NCBI GenBank assembly: GCA_043814315.1 | Contig: JBDRKE010000010.1 | Coordinates: forward strand, 66,896-130,895 | Reading direction: 5' to 3' | DNA length: 64,000 nucleotides | From: Candidatus Omnitrophota bacterium | GTDB lineage: Bacteria; Omnitrophota; Gorgyraeia; Gygaellales; Profunditerraquicolaceae | Shown: positions 8,346 through 15,874 of the stretch, in pieces | How the letters are laid out: each line of letters begins with the position of its first letter | How positions within the stretch are numbered: the first letter of the stretch is position 1 | Program-made: the position numbers and the translations under genes | The notes under the pieces: model-generated | Databases searched by the model: none | Seen by the model: only the letters and a program-made list of their open reading frames with translations | What the model was told of the DNA's origin: nothing

Positions 8346-8746
8346 TGGCCATCTGTTATTTGGGAATAGGTTCGAACTTAGGCAATAGAAAAAAGAATAT
8401 TAGGATGGCCGTTAAAAAGATCAACGCCTTGGAAGAAACGAAGGTTATCAAATTATCCCGCCTCATGGAAACGGCGCCACTTAACGGCCCCACCAGCCAG
8501 AGAAAATTCCTGAATGCTTGCCTTAAGATCAAAACAGATATCAGCCCGTTTCATCTCCTTAAGAAACTTAAACAAATAGAAAAAGAGCTGGGTCGTAAGC
8601 GCACGTTGCGTTTCGGCTCCAGGACGATAGACTTAGATATATTGCTTTACCAGGATAAGGTTATAAACAGCAGGAATCTTAAAATTCCTCATCCGAGGAT
8701 GTTTGAGCGTAAATTTGTTTTAAAGCCCCTATCAGAAGTTGTATGA
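8342..8746 (+). CDS. folK: 2-amino-4-hydroxy-6-hydroxymethyldihydropteridine diphosphokinase
   Basis: 134 aa with the HPPK blocks YLGIGSNLGNR, RTIDLDILLY and PHPRMFERKFVLKPL. Confidence 0.85.
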   Translation: MMAICYLGIGSNLGNRKKNIRMAVKKINALEETKVIKLSRLMETAPLNGPTSQRKFLNACLKIKTDISPFHLLKKLKQIEKELGRKRTLRFGSRTIDLDILLYQDKVINSRNLKIPHPRMFERKFVLKPLSEVV

Positions 8747-9597
8747 GAATTGTCCGTAACATAAAAGAAATGGTCCGCTTCGCCCAAAAAGTGAGGCTTA
8801 AAGGGGATTCCATCGGATTTGTGCCGACTATGGGCGCCTTGCATCTTGGGCATCTGAGCTTAATCAGGCGTTGCCATAGAGAAAATGATTTTACGGTAGT
8901 CAGTATATTTGTTAATCCTATCCAGTTCTTGCCCCGCGAAGACTACAATAAATATCCGCGGGATCTCAAGCAGGATGCCGAGGTTTGCAGGAAGGAAGGA
9001 GTGGATATTTTATTTTATCCTGATGTCAAAGATATGTATCCGCAACCTTTGAGAACCACTGTTGATGTAAAGGGCCTAAGCGAGGTGTTATGCGGGCGCT
9101 TTCGGCCCGGTCATTTCAGAGGCGTTACGACGGTAGTCGCGAAACTTTTCCATATCGTTTATCCTGATAACGCTTATTTTGGCCAAAAGGACGCTCAACA
9201 GGCTGTCATTATCAAAAAGATGGTAGAGGATCTCAACTTCCCTGTTCAAATAAAAGTCATGCCTATCGTGCGGGAGCCAGACGGCCTGGCGATGAGTTCA
9301 AGGAATAAGTATCTTAATGAAGAGGAAAGAAGAGACGCGGCAGTTCTTTATCATGCCTTAAATCTGGCCAGGCGCTCTGTGGCCATGGGAGAAACGAGCG
9401 CATCCAAGATCATCAGTTTCATGCGGGAGCTTATTCAAAAGAAAAAAAGCGCGAAAATTGATTATATTTCCGTCATGGATTTACAAAATCATAAGCCTTT
9501 GAATAAAATAAAGGGGAAGGCCCTGATTGCCCTGGCGGTGCGGATAGGCAAGATCAGACTTATTGATAATATAATCGTGTCTGTCAAATATCGATGA
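8743..9597 (+). CDS. panC: pantoate--beta-alanine ligase
   Basis: 284 aa with PTMGALHLGHLSL, FVNPIQF, GQKDAQQ and MSSRN. Confidence 0.92.
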   Translation: MRIVRNIKEMVRFAQKVRLKGDSIGFVPTMGALHLGHLSLIRRCHRENDFTVVSIFVNPIQFLPREDYNKYPRDLKQDAEVCRKEGVDILFYPDVKDMYPQPLRTTVDVKGLSEVLCGRFRPGHFRGVTTVVAKLFHIVYPDNAYFGQKDAQQAVIIKKMVEDLNFPVQIKVMPIVREPDGLAMSSRNKYLNEEERRDAAVLYHALNLARRSVAMGETSASKIISFMRELIQKKKSAKIDYISVMDLQNHKPLNKIKGKALIALAVRIGKIRLIDNIIVSVKYR

Positions 9598-9620
9598 ATA
9601 TTAAGGTAAGTAATGACCTA

Positions 9621-9643
9621 TTTTGAATTTTGACATTTGAATT
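9621..9643. repeat. single G/T-rich repeat arm (ttttgaattttgacatttgaatt)
   Basis: Matches the reverse complement of 35101..35123 (aattcaaatgtcaaaatccaaaa) at 22 of 23 positions by eye. Confidence 0.7.
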
Positions 9644-9651
9644 GTAAAGGT

Positions 9652-10476
9652 ATGGCTAAGTTATTAAAAATTGGCATTGTCGGCTGCGGCGCTATCGGAA
9701 GCTCATTAGCCAAAACAGTCATTAAGGATTTTCAGAAGGAAGCGAAATTAACGTCGCTTTATGACATCGATAAAGAAAGGTCTGCAGTGCTTTCGAAGTC
9801 GGTCTTTGAGACGCGCAGGCTCCATGTGCATAGCCTTAAACAATTGATTTGTAAATCTGATTTGGTGATTGAGGCCAGCTCTGCCCGGGCTTCCTTCGGC
9901 ATAGCGCAGAAAGTATTGGCGCGAGGCAAGGGTGTCATGATCATGAGTGTTGGCGGAGTCGCCGGTCATATAAAGACGCTGGCCGCTTTAGCCAAGAGGC
10001 GGGGCGGCCGAGTCTACATTCCCAGCGGCGCTGTTTCGGGTATAGACGCTTTAAAAGCGGCAGGGTGTGCAAGGTTAAAAAAGGTTTGCCTGACGACGTA
10101 CAAGAATCCCGCATCTTTCAGGGGGGTAGATATCATCAACAGGAAGAAAATAGATCTGGATAAGATAAAAAAGGATACGGTCATATTCTGTGGTTCCGCA
10201 AGAGAGGCGATTCGGTTGTTTCCGCAGAATATCAATGTGGCAGGACTCCTGAGCATCGCCGGTGTCGGTCAAGACAGGACGACGGTCAAAATCATTGCAT
10301 CGCCTGCGACAAAGAAAAATATACACGAGATCCACATAGAGTCCTCGGCAGCCACAATTATGACGCGCACGCAGAATATTTTGCACCCTGATAATCCTAA
10401 GACGAGTTACCTGGCGGTGCTATCCGCGGTGGCCATGTTAAAACAGATATTAGAGCCAGTTAAAATTGGTACTTGA
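9652..10476 (+). CDS. nadX: aspartate dehydrogenase-like NAD(P)-binding protein
   Basis: N-terminus MAKLLKIGIVGCGAIG (Rossmann fold). About 275 aa, with length and layout typical of L-aspartate dehydrogenase. Assigned from family resemblance only. Confidence 0.55.
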   Translation: MAKLLKIGIVGCGAIGSSLAKTVIKDFQKEAKLTSLYDIDKERSAVLSKSVFETRRLHVHSLKQLICKSDLVIEASSARASFGIAQKVLARGKGVMIMSVGGVAGHIKTLAALAKRRGGRVYIPSGAVSGIDALKAAGCARLKKVCLTTYKNPASFRGVDIINRKKIDLDKIKKDTVIFCGSAREAIRLFPQNINVAGLLSIAGVGQDRTTVKIIASPATKKNIHEIHIESSAATIMTRTQNILHPDNPKTSYLAVLSAVAMLKQILEPVKIGT

Positions 10477-10486
10477 AATCAAAATA

Positions 10487-10610
10487 AGGTTTCATAAGGT
10501 TGCCTAAGGTTACATAATGTTCCATAAAGTTACGCCTTTGGTAACCTTACGTAACATTATGCCTGCCTGCCGGCAGGCAGGGAACCTCATGGTACCTTAT
10601 GTAACTTTAA
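10487..10610. repeat. modular hairpin element (cataaggtt-type arms, cctgcctgccggcaggcagg core)
   Basis: The left half is made of 9-10-nt units (tcataaggtt, cctaaggtt, acataatgtt, ccataaagtt). The right half holds their complements (aaccttacgt, aacattatg, aacctcatggt, accttatgt). A perfect 20-nt palindrome lies at 10562..10581. Confidence 0.8.
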
Positions 10611-10647
10611 TAATAAAATTAATAAATGAGAGGAGGTGAATTCGAAT

Positions 10648-10890
10648 ATGGCAGAAAAAGTAGTGAAGTTGGGCATCAAAAGGGAGAAAGGTTATCTCTA
10701 TTACATCGACAAAAAAGGAGATGTTTCTTGCGCCAAGATGGCTAGAGGCAAGAAAAAAGGCGGTAACCCGAAAAAAGTCGCAAAATGCGGCATCAAGAGA
10801 AAAGAGGGATACCTTTATTTTCTTGATAAAAAAGGGGATGTCTCCTGCGCCAAGATGAAAAGAGGCGGAAAAAAGAAGAAAAAAAGATAG
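10648..10890 (+). CDS. small, very basic protein made of two tandem ~38-aa repeats
   Basis: A strong SD (aggagg) lies upstream of the ATG at 10648. Repeat 1 is VKLGIKREKGYLYYIDKKGDVSCAKMARGKKKGG and repeat 2 is VAKCGIKRKEGYLYFLDKKGDVSCAKMKRGGKKKKKR. A clear terminator follows. Confidence 0.7.
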   Translation: MAEKVVKLGIKREKGYLYYIDKKGDVSCAKMARGKKKGGNPKKVAKCGIKRKEGYLYFLDKKGDVSCAKMKRGGKKKKKR

Positions 10891-10906
10891 TAAGAGAGAA
10901 AAAAGA

Positions 10907-10974
10907 GGGGGGGTCAGATCTATTCTTCTGACTCCGTTTCTAAAAAGAAAATAGATCTCACCCCCTTTTTTTTT
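10907..10974 (+). terminator. rho-independent terminator
   Basis: gggggtcagatctatt pairs with aatagatctcaccccc (one mismatch), followed by a run of nine T. Confidence 0.8.
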
Positions 10975-10992
10975 GCAAAAAGGACAAAAGCC

Positions 10993-11754
10993 ATGCTGGA
11001 AGGTAAGAAGGTTGTGGTGGTCATGCCTGCCTACAATGCGGAGAAGACTTTAGAGCAGACCTTTCGAGAAATCCCCAGGGATATCGTTGATGACATATTG
11101 GTGGTGGATGACAATAGCAAGGACAAGACCCTTGCAGTAACCAGGCGTTTAAATTTAGAGGTTTTTGTCCATGATAAAAATAAGGGTTACGGCGCCAATC
11201 AGAAGACTTGTTATACAGAGGCCCTTAAGAAAAAAGCGGATATCGTTATCATGCTCCATCCGGATTATCAATATCCGCCTAAACTGATCACGGCAATGGC
11301 AGGCTTGATCTGTTCCGGCATGTTTGATATCGTTTTGGGGTCAAGAATCCTTGGGGGAATGGCCCTTAAGGGTGGAATGCCTTTATATAAATATATAGCT
11401 AATAGGATTCTTACCCTTTTGGAGAATATCCTACTGGGGCAGAAGTTGTCAGAGTATCATACCGGCTACAGGGCTTTTTCAAAAGAGGTGCTTATGAATC
11501 TGGCGCTCCTTGAGAATTCAGATGATTTTGTTTTCGACAACCAGGTTATTGTTCAAGCGGTGTACGCCGGTTACAGGATAGGTGAAATCACCGCGCCTTC
11601 CCGGTACACCCAGGAGTCATCCTCCATTTCTTTCAAAAGAAGCGTTGTCTATGGCTTCGGGGTGCTCTGGACGGCCGTAAAATTCATCCTGCAAAAGATG
11701 AGTGTAGCGAAATTTTCAATTTTCGATAGAAATGGAAAAAAGATCGATCTCTAA
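10993..11754 (+). CDS. family 2 glycosyltransferase (polyprenol-phosphate sugar synthase-like)
   Basis: 253 aa. Contains VVMPAYNAE, VVDDNSKD and a C-terminal amphipathic region, which is the Dpm1/GtrB-like layout. Confidence 0.8.
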   Translation: MLEGKKVVVVMPAYNAEKTLEQTFREIPRDIVDDILVVDDNSKDKTLAVTRRLNLEVFVHDKNKGYGANQKTCYTEALKKKADIVIMLHPDYQYPPKLITAMAGLICSGMFDIVLGSRILGGMALKGGMPLYKYIANRILTLLENILLGQKLSEYHTGYRAFSKEVLMNLALLENSDDFVFDNQVIVQAVYAGYRIGEITAPSRYTQESSSISFKRSVVYGFGVLWTAVKFILQKMSVAKFSIFDRNGKKIDL

Positions 11755-12946
11755 CTTTTTTACGGACAAGCGTGTGTTCGTTTTTTTAGGCCTGTTTCTT
11801 GTTTCTTTCGCCCTCATCCAACTGAGTCTAAAGAACATAAACTTCGTCATCCTGGCCGATGAAGGATGTTACTTGAAATACGCTACGTTCATAGGGGATC
11901 ACGGCATAAGAGGATTCAAGAAATTATTTGAGCTTTATACGCAGGATCAAAGTAATTTCTTTCCGAACCCGCTGCGGGTAGGTTTTATCCTACTGTCGGT
12001 CTTTTGGTTGAAGGCCTTCGGGTACTCTTTTCTCGGGTTGGCCTACCTGTCTTTATTCTCATTTTTGGCCTTCTTATGCGTCAGTTATTATTTTTCCAGT
12101 AAGTATTTCGATAAAGACACAGGCTTATTCTATGTGGTCCTTCTTGCCTTTTCACCGCTTGCCTTAGGCTTTGCACGGCGCGCCATGTTGGAAAGTACGC
12201 TCCAGTTGTTTGTGGCCCTTTCCTTTTGGCTGTTCTGGAGCCTTATCCAGGAAAGAAGTTCCTTAAAGTCTGTTGTTTTCATCCTGGTTTTTAGCTTGGC
12301 CATCCTGATGAAGGAGACAGTCGTTTTGTTATCGCCAATCTTTGTTATTTTCCTTTTGCTGAACAAACTTTTATTTAAAAAAGAAGTTCGGCTCATGGAT
12401 TTTTTGACTGTTTCGGTTTTTCCTTTTTTGATCGTTGGGCTTATTTATATATCCGTGGGCGGGCTAACGAACACCCTCCAGACCATCAGGATTATCCTCC
12501 ATTCGCCGAAAACCAATCCCTACCCGATAGCCTTTGGCCAGGGGCCGTGGTTTCGTTATATCGTTGACTATATGCTGTTTTCTCCCTGGGTCCTGCTGTG
12601 TTCCGTCGGTTTTATATTTTCTTACTTTGTATCTGATAGGCGCCAAGACCTCCAGGCCTATTTCCTGGTTATGGCCATCATGAGTCTTGTGCTTTTTAAT
12701 TTTTTTACCAAGAATATACGATATGTGATGGTATTGGATATCCCCATGAGATTATTTACGGTCCTTATGTTAAAGGAGATTGTTTTTAAAAGAGTATCCA
12801 GGCACGCCACGGCGGTCCTTGCCTTGCTGGTTTTAGGGATAGCCTTGTCGGATTATCTCAATTTCTATGATTTATTCTTAAAGCAGGGAATTTATGACCC
12901 CGTCAGCTACGTACTTCTTAAATCCAAACGATTCATCCCGTTTTAA
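11732..12946 (+). CDS. polytopic membrane protein, GT-C (ArnT/PMT_2-like) glycosyltransferase candidate
   Basis: About 400 aa with 10 or more hydrophobic segments. It overlaps the upstream GT2 gene, a pairing typical of lipid-linked sugar donor plus GT-C transferase. Confidence 0.5.
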   Translation: MEKRSISNFFTDKRVFVFLGLFLVSFALIQLSLKNINFVILADEGCYLKYATFIGDHGIRGFKKLFELYTQDQSNFFPNPLRVGFILLSVFWLKAFGYSFLGLAYLSLFSFLAFLCVSYYFSSKYFDKDTGLFYVVLLAFSPLALGFARRAMLESTLQLFVALSFWLFWSLIQERSSLKSVVFILVFSLAILMKETVVLLSPIFVIFLLLNKLLFKKEVRLMDFLTVSVFPFLIVGLIYISVGGLTNTLQTIRIILHSPKTNPYPIAFGQGPWFRYIVDYMLFSPWVLLCSVGFIFSYFVSDRRQDLQAYFLVMAIMSLVLFNFFTKNIRYVMVLDIPMRLFTVLMLKEIVFKRVSRHATAVLALLVLGIALSDYLNFYDLFLKQGIYDPVSYVLLKSKRFIPF

Positions 12947-12980
12947 ACAAAAGACAACTTTTTTGAAAGCGAGCGTTCCT

Positions 12981-15854
12981 ATGCATAATCATGACGCTAT
13001 TGTTATCCATGGTGCTAAAGAGCACAACCTTAAAAATATAAATCTTATCCTACCGCGCCAGAGACTGATTGTTGTTACAGGGTTATCTGGTTCGGGTAAA
13101 TCAAGCCTCGCCTTTGATACCATCTACGCGGAAGGCCAGCGTCGATTCGTGGAGAGCCTTTCCAGCTACGCGCGTCAGTTTTTAGAACAATTACAGAAGC
13201 CCGATGTCGAATATATCGGCGGATTATCGCCGACCATTGCCATTGAACAGCGTACAGCAGGCGGCAATCCGCGTTCCACGGTAGCCACCCAAACCGAGAT
13301 CTACGATTATTTAAGATTGCTTTTTGCCCGCATCGGAAGGGTTTATTGTTATCGGTGTCAACGGCCGATCAACAGACAAAGTTCCCAAGAGATTGTTGAT
13401 AGAATCATGGCCATGCCGGCCCAGACAGAGATGCAAATACTAGCTCCTGTTATCTCAGGAAGAAAAGGGGAATATAAAGAGATCTTCAGTTGGATTCAAA
13501 AATCAGGGTTCCTGCGTTGTCGCGTTGACGGTAAGATTTACGAATTGCCGTTAGATTTAAAGTTAGCAAAATATAAAATGCATCATATCGAGGTGGTCGT
13601 AGATAGATTAGTCCTAAGCCCGCAAGTAAAGAAAAGACTTACGGATTCCATCGAGACGGCACTTAAAGTAGGCAAAGGCACGGTTATTATTAGCCAGCTA
13701 GCCAGTTACCCAATTACCCTATCGAACCGGCAAACCGGCCAATCGGCCAACCGGCCAACCGGCAAACCGGCAAATCGGCCAACCGACTTAGTCTTCAGCG
13801 AACAGTACGCCTGCACAAAATGCGGGATCAGCTATGCACAAGTCCAGCCGCGCAATTTTTCTTTTAATTCACCCTACGGCGCCTGCCCGGAGTGCCACGG
13901 CCTTGGCACAAAACTAGAGTTTGATCCTGACTTAGTTATTTCGGACAGAAGCAAATCCATCCAGGAAGGAGCGCTTGAGCCCTGGAAGAGGGGAGGCAGG
14001 GGCTACATCCTCTATTATCGCTGGCTCATCCGGGAGCTGTCTTACAAGATGCATTTTGATTTAGACACTCCGTTTAAGAACCTGAGAAAGGAAGTGCAGA
14101 AGGCCGTACTTTTTGGGACGGATGAAGAGGTCAACGGCAAGCCCTTCGAAGGCGTGATTCCCCATCTGGAAAGGTTATTCCGGGAAACGGATAGCGATTA
14201 TTTAAAAGAAGAGATATCCAAATTCATGTCGAGCCTGAGTTGTTCCTTGTGCCAGGGGGCCAGACTTAAAAAGGAAAGCTTGTCTGTGAAGATTCAAGGC
14301 AAGAATATTTGGCAGATCGCCCAGATGTCTATCAAAGAAGCCAGAGGCTTCTTTAAAGGTCTGGATTTAAGCGAAAAAGAAAAAACGATTGCGCATCAGG
14401 CCTTGAAAGAGATTGTCCAGAAATTACAGTTTTGCGTGGATGTGGGGTTGGAGTATTTAACGCTGGACAGAAGAAGCTCGACGCTTTCCGGCGGAGAGGC
14501 GCAGAGGATTCGCCTGGCCACTCAGGTTGGATCCGGCCTTGTCGGAGTGTTGTATGTATTGGATGAGCCCAGTATCGGCCTGCACCAAAGGGACAACAAT
14601 AAATTGCTTTCGACATTGGAGGCGTTACGGGATCTGGGCAACACGTTGATTGTTGTGGAGCACGACGAGAGTACAATTCTTTCCTCTGACTATATCGTGG
14701 ATTTGGGGCCGGGAGCTGGCCGGCACGGCGGGGAAGTCGTATTCTGTGGCACAAAGGAAGAATTATTAAGGCATCCGGAGTCGCTGACGGCGAAATATTT
14801 AAGGCGCGAATTAAAGATCGAGATCCCTAAGAAGAGAAGGCCCTGGCAAGACAGGAAATTCCTTGTGGTTACCGGAGCCAGAGAGCACAATCTTAAAAAC
14901 ATAGAAGTGAAATTTCCTCTGGGTCTTTTTATCTGCGTGACGGGAGTTTCTGGTTCGGGCAAGTCCACTCTGGTCGATGAGATCCTGTTCAGAAGCCTCG
15001 CGCAAAAACACTACAAATCCAAAGATAAACCGGGGCTTCACGATAAGATTACAGGTATAGAGCTTATCGATAAAGTGATTGTCGTGGATCAGTCTCCCAT
15101 AGGCAGGACTCCCCGCTCGAATCCCGCAACCTACACAGGAATGTTTGGCCCTATCAGGGATTTATTCAGCAAGCTTCCCGAAGCCAAGGTGCGCGGATTT
15201 AAACCCGGCAGATTTTCTTTTAACGTAAAAGGGGGCCGTTGCGAGGCGTGCTCCGGGGATGGCATCAAGAAAATCGAGATGCATTTTCTTCCGGATGTGT
15301 ATGTGAAGTGCGATATCTGCAAGGGGAACAGGTTCAACGAATCCACCCTGGAAGTCAAATTCAAAGGCCAATCCATAGCGGATGTCTTAAGGATGACCGT
15401 AGAGGAGGCCTTGGACTTATTTGGCAATGTGCCAAAGATAAAGAACACGCTGGGCTATCTTTATGACGTAGGCTTGGGGTATATGACGCTGGGGCAGGCC
15501 GCCACAACGCTTTCCGGCGGAGAGGCACAGCGCATTAAGTTATCTAGCGAGCTGAGCAAGCGCTCTACGGGAAAGACCCTGTACATTTTGGATGAGCCGA
15601 CAACGGGATTGCATTTTGCCGATGTAGACAAGCTGCTTTGCGTGCTCCAAAGGTTAGTCGACAAAGGCAACACCGTGGTCGTTATCGAACATAACTTAGA
15701 AGTCATTAAATGTGCTGATTATATTATCGATCTTGGGCCTGAGGGGGGAGATAGAGGCGGAGAATTGGTGGTAGCGGGGACTCCCGAAGCGTTGCTTCGC
15801 TGCAAGGCGTCGTTTACGGCCGATGCCCTGAGAAAGGTGTTGAAGAGGCGCTGA
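12981..15854 (+). CDS. uvrA: excinuclease ABC subunit A
   Basis: N-terminus MHNHDAIVIHGAKEHNLKNI, two Walker A motifs (GLSGSGKSS and GVSGSGKST), two LSGGE signatures and zinc-finger Cys pairs. The ATG at 12981 is preferred over the longer ORF from 12894. Confidence 0.95.
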   Translation: MHNHDAIVIHGAKEHNLKNINLILPRQRLIVVTGLSGSGKSSLAFDTIYAEGQRRFVESLSSYARQFLEQLQKPDVEYIGGLSPTIAIEQRTAGGNPRSTVATQTEIYDYLRLLFARIGRVYCYRCQRPINRQSSQEIVDRIMAMPAQTEMQILAPVISGRKGEYKEIFSWIQKSGFLRCRVDGKIYELPLDLKLAKYKMHHIEVVVDRLVLSPQVKKRLTDSIETALKVGKGTVIISQLASYPITLSNRQTGQSANRPTGKPANRPTDLVFSEQYACTKCGISYAQVQPRNFSFNSPYGACPECHGLGTKLEFDPDLVISDRSKSIQEGALEPWKRGGRGYILYYRWLIRELSYKMHFDLDTPFKNLRKEVQKAVLFGTDEEVNGKPFEGVIPHLERLFRETDSDYLKEEISKFMSSLSCSLCQGARLKKESLSVKIQGKNIWQIAQMSIKEARGFFKGLDLSEKEKTIAHQALKEIVQKLQFCVDVGLEYLTLDRRSSTLSGGEAQRIRLATQVGSGLVGVLYVLDEPSIGLHQRDNNKLLSTLEALRDLGNTLIVVEHDESTILSSDYIVDLGPGAGRHGGEVVFCGTKEELLRHPESLTAKYLRRELKIEIPKKRRPWQDRKFLVVTGAREHNLKNIEVKFPLGLFICVTGVSGSGKSTLVDEILFRSLAQKHYKSKDKPGLHDKITGIELIDKVIVVDQSPIGRTPRSNPATYTGMFGPIRDLFSKLPEAKVRGFKPGRFSFNVKGGRCEACSGDGIKKIEMHFLPDVYVKCDICKGNRFNESTLEVKFKGQSIADVLRMTVEEALDLFGNVPKIKNTLGYLYDVGLGYMTLGQAATTLSGGEAQRIKLSSELSKRSTGKTLYILDEPTTGLHFADVDKLLCVLQRLVDKGNTVVVIEHNLEVIKCADYIIDLGPEGGDRGGELVVAGTPEALLRCKASFTADALRKVLKRR
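13725..13786 (+). repeat. degenerate octanucleotide tandem repeat (cMaaYcgg, about 7.5 units) inside uvrA
   Basis: aaccgg caaaccgg ccaatcgg ccaaccgg ccaaccgg caaaccgg caaatcgg ccaaccga, translated as NRQTGQSANRPTGKPANRPT. The same unit occurs non-coding at 51302..51332 and flanks the mtaB insert. Confidence 0.9.
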
Positions 15855-15874
15855 AGAAATGATATAGTTTAAAC

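Noticed and set aside
12894-12980. N-terminal extensions given by the ORF track (uvrA from 12894, nadD from 54684, tyrS from 59697, rplU from 50847, secretin from 24635, PilO-like from 23583).
   Set aside because: In each case an internal ATG matches the conserved family N-terminus and, for rplU and the secretin, is preceded by a visible SD-like sequence. The extension overlaps the upstream gene or reads through a repeat element.
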